The translations under genes and the position numbers were made by a program. The notes beneath the pieces are model-generated. The model was not told where the DNA came from, did no database searches, and saw only the letters and a list, made by a program, of their open reading frames with translations. Positions 39,358-56,896 of a stretch of 64,000 nucleotides of DNA are shown piece after piece. Source of the DNA: Salpingoeca rosetta (lineage: Eukaryota > Protista > Choanoflagellata); the NCBI GenBank assembly GCA_033442325.1, contig JAWQFM010000034.1:62001-126000 (forward strand). The letters are read 5' to 3'. Positions within the stretch are counted from its first letter, which is position 1. The number at the start of each line of letters is the position of its first letter.

Positions 39358-40614
39358 GCAACAACAGCAACAACAGGTGCCACAACAGCAACAACAGGTG
39401 CCACAACAGCAGCAGCAGCAGCAGCGTGGCGACGTGGCAATGCCAAAGTATGTCGAATTGTCGTGTCGTGGGTCCCTGTCATTGTTTAGGTCTTCACCTG
39501 CCTCGTCGTTTACCTCCTCATCATTCACATCGCATGCTCACGCCACCACATCACACAATCACGCTGCAACTATAACGCCGCCCCTTGATCTCTTTGCCAC
39601 CTGCCATCACGCCCAGCCTCCCCATTGTCCGATCAAGTCGACCCACGTCCCCGTGTGCCGTGTACGCTCCTCGCGTCTCCGTGGACAGTGTTGCTGTATC
39701 TGCTTGCTCGTCCCGCTGCAGCAGTGCACGCAGTAGCTTCAGACGTCGCTCTCTCCGTCGTGGAAACGACAGCGACCCCGTGCCTGCAAGCAACGGCAAT
39801 GGCGTCCATCATCCAACACCATATGATGCAAAGCAATCAAACAGCAACTTCACACAACAACAACAGCAGCAGCAACAACAACAACAGCAGCAGCGTGTCG
39901 GTATGTCTGGGCCTACGTACACGCGTGCGCATGCGCGAGAGTCTGTGGGCAATGCGTCCACTTGCAGCCGCGATTCGATTGTATTCTCATTTGACGACGA
40001 TGCTGTGGATCATGCCATTCGTGCTGCCCATCGTGAGTCGGAGCCATCCAACACCACAACAGCCCACGCCAACACAACTGCTGCGCATCATGCTGATCAC
40101 AAACACCAGCAGCTGCGACGAAAGACTGAAGGCAGCAACCGAGCCAGCGTCGTCCATCACCACCAACATGAACATCAGCATCACCACCAGCATCAACACC
40201 AGCATCGCCAACAGCACAATCAACACAACGAACAGCCCCAGCACCAGCACCAACCCCACACGCCACCAGCCACGAGTCGGGGTCTTGTTCGCACCTCCAG
40301 CAGTCGGCGGTCACGCCCTCGTCGCAGCTCCCCGCTCGCCGTCTCTGCAATGAGGGGAGCACGCATGATGGATGCGGGCGCGACGGGCAACGACACAGTG
40401 ATGTGGTCGTCGTCACCAGTGCAACATCAGGGTGGATATGGCAGCGGTGGTGGTGGTCGGTTGTCTGTGAGCGCAGCGTTCGGCGTCAATAGCCCGCGTG
40501 CATATGGACAGAGCAGTAGCAACAACAGCCCACATCCAGCGAGCCATTCACCAGCAATCACACCCCAGCACGACCCCCAACAAGTGCAACTGCGCCAATC
40601 CCCAGGTAGGAGGG

Positions 40615-40666
<52 letters not shown>

Positions 40667-41896
40667 GGTGGGAAATGAGTTTTGCCGTGGAAATGTGTTC
40701 TTGTGTGCATACCTGCTCGTGATTCGATCCACTCATAGAATGCTCTGATCTGTGATTGAACCAGGCGCAACGAGTCCGCGAATGCAGCGTGATGCGCGCA
40801 TTTCGTGTCCAGGTGCGTCTGATCGTTGTTGTGACACTTCGAGGGTCCATACAGGATGCATCACCTTGTACACGGCTTAACTCATACACGCTCACTCATA
40901 CACGCACTCATACACGCACTCATACACGCACTCACAATCACGCACTCACACTCACATGCTTGCGCGTGCCCCCTGTCCATGGCTCCTCCAATGCAGGTGT
41001 GGATGAGGACGTGGTGTTCTCCCCTGGCGGTGACTCGGCCTGGCTCTCTCGCCTCTCCGGGTTTTCAGACGACGGCAACAGCCCCATCCGTCGACAGAGC
41101 GCCAGCCCAAGACCAAGCCAGGACGCAAGCGTGCAAGGTTTGTGTGTGCGTGGTGCATCTGCCTGCATGTTTTTATGTCTGTCCGTCTGTACACGTACAC
41201 GCGTGTATACATGTGTCTCTGCGCGTGTATGTGCCTTGCACTCTACTTGCCTGCCCATGTGTTTGCACCGCCACGATACTCTCCATCGCACAAACATTTG
41301 AATGCGGCTTTGTGCACTCAGCTCATCCGCCTTGTCTGACTCGCCACCTTTTTAGTGCAACTGCCGGATGACGACGGTCCGTCTCCTTTCAAGCGGAGCA
41401 CATGCAACACATGTGAGTATGCGTTCTGCCGTTTCAGGACTCGAACGAAACACGCCATTTTCGTGCTTGCAAGCAAGAAACCCAACAATCATGGGCAATT
41501 TACGCATTACCACCCCCATCGTCCACCATGCACAAGTCTTTCACGCTCATGTTTCGCCTCGCTCTTCCCTTTCTTCTCCTTCCATCCCTTCTAACCCTCC
41601 CAACACCTCCTGTTCCTGTTCTGTCCTTCAACATATGCACAGCGTCATCTGTGGGCCAGCGCCGTAGTTTCCGTGACCATCGACCGCCACCCTTGAAGTG
41701 GAGCGAAGAGTCGCAGGGTACCAGTGCACATGGCGTGCAGGGCAAAGGCAAGCGCAAGCAAGAGACACAGCCCGCTGCTTCCGTTGCAACGAGTGCACAT
41801 AGACATGTTGCTGCGCCCACGTCCACGCCGTGCTCTTCTGGAGCCCCCAGCTCGCGTGCCAGCCAGTCATCCAGCATCTACCATCAAATCACGTGA
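34831..41896 (+). CDS. Large multi-exon low-complexity protein (S/D/N/Q/H-rich) of unknown function; boundaries approximate
   Basis: Coding-like open stretches bounded by GT..AG: 34831-35091, ~35699-35892, ~36114-37052, ~37251-37421, ~37625-37746, ~38003-39030, ~39262-40605, ~40998-41137 and ~41643-41896. I recognise no domain. Confidence 0.55.
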
Positions 41897-42307
41897 GTCC
41901 TGCTGTATGTATGTATGTATGTGTGTGTGGGGGGGGGGTCCTTTTTTCGACGTTTAGGGCTGTTCTTGAGCCGCTCTCTCGCATCGCATCACTAACTTGC
42001 TTTCTCCATTTCTCATCTCATCGTTGGCAAATATGTGCTTGTCCTCTTGTTCTCTTGTACTCGTGAAGGGAGGACCAAGCCGAGGACTTGTGCACCACTG
42101 CGTCGTTTTGCTGAAGAGAGAATCCTGTCTTGTTCTTCGTGTGCACCGTTCGTGCACCGTGCACCAGCCATACCGCCATGCAGATGCTTGCAAGCAACCA
42201 AGCAACCGTGCGAGTGAGGATTGCTTTGCACCACAACTCGTTGAGGTTGAGTCGTTGCCTTCCTTCAGTCCTTTCCCCCTTGCCGTTACTCGCCTTTTTC
42301 TAGGACA

Positions 42308-46929
<4,622 letters not shown>

Positions 46930-46968
46930 GTCTGATAGAAAACACATACACATACATACACACACATA

Positions 46969-47016
<48 letters not shown>

Positions 47017-47369
47017 AGTTGTTGTTGCAATACCTCCTTGTGTCTTGACCCCCCCCCCCCAACACCTCGCCTTTCTGCTTCAACAAACACTTCCTTCACT
47101 GCCCCTGTGTTCCCATTGCCTCATTGCACCAGGTGTCTGAGTTTCGGCAGCGGTTGGCATATCAGCCGGAAGTGGACGAGTCTGAAGTTGGCGAGTACCG
47201 CATCGCGATCCAGATGACGATCCTCATGAACGCGCCAGAGAAGGAGCGTTTGTGTACGTGACGTGTGTATGTGTGTGTATGTGTACGTGTCGTGTATGTC
47301 TGTGTGTGTGTACGTGTCATATGTCTGTCTGTCTATCTGTCTGTCTGTCTCTCTGTCTGCGTGTCTGTC

Positions 47370-48038
47370 TGTCATTGGGGGACTACAGGGGTTCGACGTG
47401 GGTGTGGTGCTGCTTCCNNNNNNNNNNNNNNNNNNNNNNNNNNNNNNNNNNNNNNNNNNNNNNNNNNNNNNNNNNNNNNNNNNNNNNNNNNNNNNNNNNN
47501 NNNNNNNNNNNNNNNNNAACCGATGCATCGTGGGAAACTGGCCCGAGTCAACGGTGGTCCCATTCCATTCGCATGAGCATTTCCCTGGGAACTGTTTGAC
47601 GTCCACTAGTCAGTCGGTTAGGTTTAACTCTACCAAGACAATGTCTGTTTCTGGCCGTGGGACTGACGTATAGGCTCATAGGGAATGCACTTGTCATTCG
47701 TTGTATCATTCTTTACTTGTCCACGTGTGCTCGGACTGCGGTGCGCGTCTCGGCTGTCGTCCAGCCTCATGCGATGATGTCGTATTCGTATTTCTACTTT
47801 CTCTGCCTACCTCTCCTACGCACTGTCTCAGCCGTGATTTCCTCCGATACTGCGCTGGTAGCAGTACTACTCCTATCAGTATATGTATCTCTAGTCTGCT
47901 TTTCCTCGTGTTGCTGTACTTGTCTGCATATGCTGTGTGCCCAGGGGGCTCTACTCCCGGGCAGCCGCGTCGGCGAGAGAGCTTCTCTACTCTGATATAC
48001 TTGATCCGTACGAATGCAACCCATACACCACAATTACA
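47370..48038. mobile_element. Probable LTR retrotransposon (solo LTR or collapsed element) spanning the 100-N gap at 47418-47517
   Basis: Begins TGTCATTGGGG and ends CCACAATTACA: TG..CA ends with a 9/11 terminal inverted match. Flanked by TGTC on both sides (47366-47369 and 48039-48042, possible TSD). The interior lacks microsatellites and is TA-richer than the host DNA. Confidence 0.6.
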
Positions 48039-48223
48039 TGTCTCCGAATTGAGATCACATTTCTTAGATGCACACAGGCACTCACTCACTCTCACTCACA
48101 CACACAGAGACACACAGACTCACTCACGTGCGCATGAGGACATCGCGGTCCAGCTGTGGGGTGGACGCCATGAGCTGGCTCACATAGTGGCGACACAGAC
48201 CAACACAAACACACACAAACACG

Positions 48224-48264
<41 letters not shown>

Positions 48265-48581
48265 TGCCGTGCAGTGCAACGCAGGCTGGGCGCGGGAAGA
48301 TCAACGTGAAGCGGCGGGTTTATCGCGAGGGGAATGACGCAATTCGAGCCATCATCGACAAGGCCCTCGCAAAGACACGTGAGCTGTAACAGCATGTACC
48401 AATGAGTACAGAGAAGGAGAAGGGAGGGCCGGAAGTGTGTGGAAACCGGGATGGAAACGAAGAAGAGGGAGGAAGAAAGGCCATCGTGGGCTTGCTCACA
48501 TTCTCTCGCAAACACACGCGCGCGCACTCACATGCGCGCACGCGCACATACACGCACGCATGCACGCGCACACCACATGCA

Positions 48582-49226
48582 GGAGCAGTACAACACCATC
48601 AGCAACAGTCGCCGTGCGCGTCTAAACGCGTTTTACGGCCACGGAGCCGCCCCACTACCGCACGGCGCCCAATGTCGTCACGGCAGCCACGCCCACTGCG
48701 ACAGCATGACGCAAGCAGCGCACGGGACGGTGTGGGACGCACATCACATGCAACCCACGGACATGCGGTGAGGCAACAACAGCAACAACAATTACAACAA
48801 CTACAACAGCAACATCATCACCAAGCGCCCGTTGCGAGTGCGGATGTGCGATTGAGGGCCGTTGCAAAACCGCCAACGCTGTCACCGCGCTCGTGCAGAC
48901 GTGGCCGCACCCGTGATGGTGGTGATGGTGAGCAGGGTGATGATGGTGGTGGTGATGGTGGTGATGAGAATGGTGACACGGGTGGTGGTGGTGGTGACGA
49001 CAGCGGTGGTGGAAGTGATGATGAGGACTATGCTGATGATGACGAAGACACGGAGGCCCAGGATACAATTCAACGACAACAACAGCAGCAGCGGCGGCGG
49101 CAATGGCGTTCAAGTCAAAGACAAGCTGCTCTTGTTCGTCCTCCACCAAGTCTCCAATATGGACAGCAGGACCAGCTGTTGTCCCTCCGACCAACGCGCG
49201 TAAGCACCTCTGCACGTGGTGCTGTG

Positions 49227-49283
<57 letters not shown>

Positions 49284-50039
49284 CCTCTTGGCTTCTGCGT
49301 CCATGTCAATCAACCCCAGTTCCTTCCCACCCTCCCCCTCTCATCATCATCATCATCACCATCACCACCATCACCACCACCACCATCACATCCCAGTCCA
49401 CAATGGACCGCCGCCAGCGTCTGCCGGATAATCGATTACCGGTACAGCGACATACGAACACACTTCTGGGATTGATGTGACCGTACTGTCGTTGTTTACT
49501 TGCAAACACCTGCTCTAGATAGATACACACACGTACAACACAACAACGCACACGCGCACATACGGTCCCTCATTCACATACACTCACGCGCTTCTCGCTG
49601 GTTCTGCTCATCAGACGACATCACAGCAGTTGCACGCACGCGCAATCCTGACAAGTGCATATGCACCCCGACTGAGGTGAAGCGATAGGATGATGGTGAA
49701 TCTTGTTGCATGAACACACACACACACACCCCCCACACGAGTGCAAACCACACACGCACGCACCCATGCACTTACACTCACACACACACACTCACTCACA
49801 CACACACACACACACACACGCACACACACACACACACTCACTCACACACACGCACACGCACACACGCACACGCGCGCGCGCACACACACACACACTCACA
49901 CACTCGCGCTGCAACCCCTCCCCCCTCCCTCGCTGACTTCAGACCACGCCGCACGTCGCAGCCTGCCGATTCGCTGCGCATCAGCGGATATGGCGGGAAG
50001 CCCGCGTCGCAAACCCACACCAGCACCTCATCGTTGTGA
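48582..50039 (+). CDS. R/S/P/Q-rich 3' exons, probably the disordered C-terminal tail of the AGBL5-like gene
   Basis: Open coding-like exon at ~48582-49216 (RVLRPRSRPTTARRP..., acidic G/D tract) and last exon ~49943-50039 ending in TGA. Assignment to AGBL5 rests on position only. Confidence 0.45.
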
Positions 50040-50194
50040 TGCGTTGCAGCACATGCTTCTTGCTCGCTCGCTGTGTGTTTGTGTTGCATCACAACTTGTG
50101 CTGTTATTATTTGCCTCCCTTGTTCTCCCACTGCTCTCTCCCTCTTTTTCTTCTGTGTACACATCGATACAGACTTCGTTGTGTACTTGCCAAA

Positions 50195-50237
<43 letters not shown>

Positions 50238-50288
50238 ACGCGCGCGCGCGCGCAAGGCTGAGTGCACGCACACGCACAGAAGGCAGGA

Positions 50289-50667
50289 GCAGCGGCGATG
50301 ATGAAATGGCCGTGCTGTGAACAGCAGCGAAACCGCAATCGCGTGCCCACCCCCTTGATTCCGTCACACACATGTGTCCTCGCCACACATTCTGCCGCAG
50401 ACACAAAACGCACCAGCGCCACGTAAATGTGACACGGGCGTGTTGTGGACGCGACAAAACGAAAAGGGGGGGGGACGGGGCAGGAAGACGTGGGAGGAGC
50501 GATGACAGGGTAGGGAGTGGGCACGATGGCAAGCACAATGAAGCTTGCACGCCATGCATATGCTTGTTCCAAGCTGCTGCCCACAAGCACGATTGTGCCT
50601 GGGCCACCGCAACAAGCGGTTTTACGACCCAAGGCAACGCACACCGCCACCATCATGGCACCACTGC
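50289..50667 (-). promoter_or_regulatory. Structured RNA element in the SelH 3' region, containing a SECIS-like apical hairpin (50596-50636)
   Basis: Found by hand-folding: closing helix 50646-50667 with 50289-50310; 14-bp helix 50512-50525 with 50342-50355; hairpin UGCCUUGGGUC-GU-AAA-ACCGC-UUGUU-GCGGU-GGCCCAGGCA. The non-Watson-Crick positions are G.U on the minus strand and A.C on the plus strand. Confidence 0.6.
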
Positions 50668-50916
50668 ACTGCACCTGTCACGTGGCAGAACACAACATCA
50701 AGGCGTGTGGAGGTGAGGAGGTGGGTAGAGATGAGGTGAAGAGTTGACTGACATGTCACCGTATGGATACGTGCCAGCAACAGTCACACAATACAACACG
50801 ACACGACACGACACAACACAACTCAAAACGAAGCAACACAACAGATCAAACACGATACAACACAACACGACACAACACAACACGAACAACAAGCGTGTTG
50901 AAAGAGCTTGGGCATG

Positions 50917-51734
50917 TTAGTTGGCTGCAGCACGAAGGCGAGCGCTGCGCCGCGTGCCTGGCACGGCCGGTCGCTTCGCCGGCGCCTTCTTGGTCTTGGC
51001 GGTCGTCTTGGCCTTCTTGGGCGCAGGCTCCTCCTTCTCTTCCTCCGCAGCAGCAGGAGCGGCTGCCGTTGCCTCGGCCTTGCCCGTCTTGCTGTCGTTG
51101 TTGTTGTTGGTGGTGGTGGTGGTCGTGCTCTGCTGCTTGCTGTCCGCGGCGACATCTGGGATGCCGCTCACACCGCTGGTGACGGCGTCCATGACCTGCA
51201 CGATGAGGTCGTCCATGTCCAGTGCCCTCAGCGGCTTGAAGGGCCTGGGCATGGAGAGGAGAGAGACGATGGTCTTGCCGCGCACCGTCACCTCGAAGCT
51301 GCCCCGACGTGGTCGCTCCCCGTTCACGACCACGCTGATTGTTTCCCCCGAAGAAAGTTTGTCTTGCTGTGCAAGCACAGCCTTCTCGAGCTTTCCAGCC
51401 CGAGACTTGAACACGCCTCAGCTGCGACATGCCTCAATGTACACTGTGGAGGCAGGGAATTGTGGTGATGGTGGGGGGGGGGGAGGCAGTGTGAGCGAGA
51501 CCAACGACAGCACACAGGCAACGAGCATGCTTGTGCAAGCACAAAGCAGAAACACGCAACAACAAAGAAACACAACGTGTGTGGAAAGGCCACGCGCATG
51601 GTCACACCTCACCAACACACCAACACCAACACCACCACCAACACCAACACACCACCAACACCAACACACGAACCGTCTGCGGCCTTCTTGGCTGCAGCCA
51701 GGGCTTCAAGGTCAATCGTCTTGCGAGGTGGCAT
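50917..51734 (-). CDS. SELENOH: Selenoprotein H (Rdx family, CxxU); exons 51734-51674 and 51443-50917; Sec-UGA at 51418-51420
   Basis: Spliced product is MPPRKTIDLEALAAAKKAAD|VYIEACRS*GVFKSRA...VVVNGERPRRGSFEVTV...VSLLSMPRPFKPLRALD. 'IExCxxU' and 'PRRGSFEV' are SelH signatures, and homology lies on both sides of the UGA. Confidence 0.93.
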
Positions 51735-52357
51735 TGTCGTCGTGGTGGTCGTCGTGTGCGCACGGTGCAATGTTCAGTGGTGGATGTGGAAAAATGGTTG
51801 AAAATAAGGCAACTATTCCGCAATGAGGTGGATGTGGCTGCCTGTGCTTTTGGATGACTCGTGACTCGTGACAGGAAGCCGGGTTGCAGTTCGCCAACCG
51901 ATGGGAGTAGGAAGCTCTGCTCTCAGGCACTTCAGGCACCGTTCTCATGCGTGATCTGGACCCACTAACATAGACGTTCGTGCTTGTCCCCGTCTCTTCT
52001 CCCTTCTCTCTTCATTCAACCTTGACTGACTGCTGCTGTTGTGGTTCTTGGTTTGTATGTGGTGCTGAATAAGGCACGTGCATGATGGTTAAAGCTTTCA
52101 CGCGAGGGTGGCAAAAAAACGAGGTGGAACAGTAAAACATGAGGCATGGGAAGGGTAACACCAGCACACAAGACAACCAGAACACAAAAGAAACACACAA
52201 GTGTGCATGTGTATGTTCGGGTGCGTGTGATGTGTGTGTTTGTAATGCATGTGTTTGTGTGTGTGTGTGTGTGTTTGAAATGCATGTGTATGTGTGTGTG
52301 CGTGTGCGCGCATGCGTGTGCGCCTTTGTCATCCCTCGTGTGCGTGTGCACGTCGCT

Positions 52358-56273
<3,916 letters not shown>

Positions 56274-56896
56274 GGTGCTGGTTGGCTGGTCTCAGGCAGA
56301 CAGGAAGGTGTTTGTTTCACTGCGCTTGGAGTGGGTGATGATTGAAGTGCAATGCAGTGCGCGTGTTTCTTTGTTGTGTGTTTTGTTGTGTGACAATTTC
56401 TTCTTCTCCTTTGTTTTTGTTGTGTTGTTGCATCTCATGATGAGATGATGACGACGACGGTGCACTCTGACGACACGAGTGCCTGTGCTCTGACGCTACA
56501 AGCCACAGAGCACCAACTAACGTGCTCTCACAGTCGCAGCTCTACTGTTCTTCCCTTTGTTCAACGAAGCAACAACGACTTTGCCTTCCTTTCCTTCTCG
56601 CTCGCTCACTTGATTTAAGCAAGCCAGCGACAGCAGAAAGCAGGTCAGAGAACACACACATCCACACACGCACACATGCACACATGCACGCACGTACACG
56701 TGCACATCAAATCACACGAATCAAGCGTAGTGACACACAGCAACACCCCAAGTGCGAACGGTTGGGAACGGAAGCATGCAAGCAGACACCAGAAGGTCAC
56801 ACACAATATGGTAGGGAACACGGAAGCTGAAATCAGAACATGCCCCCCCCCCATACACACACACACACACACACGCACACTCCTTTCCCCCCTGCA

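Noticed and set aside
47990-48035. 'LDPYECNPYTT' as the missing AGBL5 YTLECNY exon
   Set aside because: It lies within the LTR-like element, matches only ECN, and lacks a phase-compatible acceptor.
50297-50304. Plus-strand ATGATGA as the box C of a snoRNA
   Set aside because: No suitably placed box D (CTGA), and the wobble asymmetry favours the minus strand.
50289-50667. RNase P, RNase MRP, SRP or telomerase RNA identity for the structured element
   Set aside because: By eye I could not find the P4 conserved regions, the Alu/SRP54 motifs or a CUAACCCU template. Not excluded without an Infernal search.
51418-51420. SelH as a pseudogene with a premature stop
   Set aside because: The TGA is exactly at the CxxU position, and the frame and splice sites are otherwise intact.
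50921-51826. 301-aa plus-strand ORF with hydrophobic stretches
   Set aside because: Antisense to SelH; the hydrophobic runs mirror SelH K/T/N codons.
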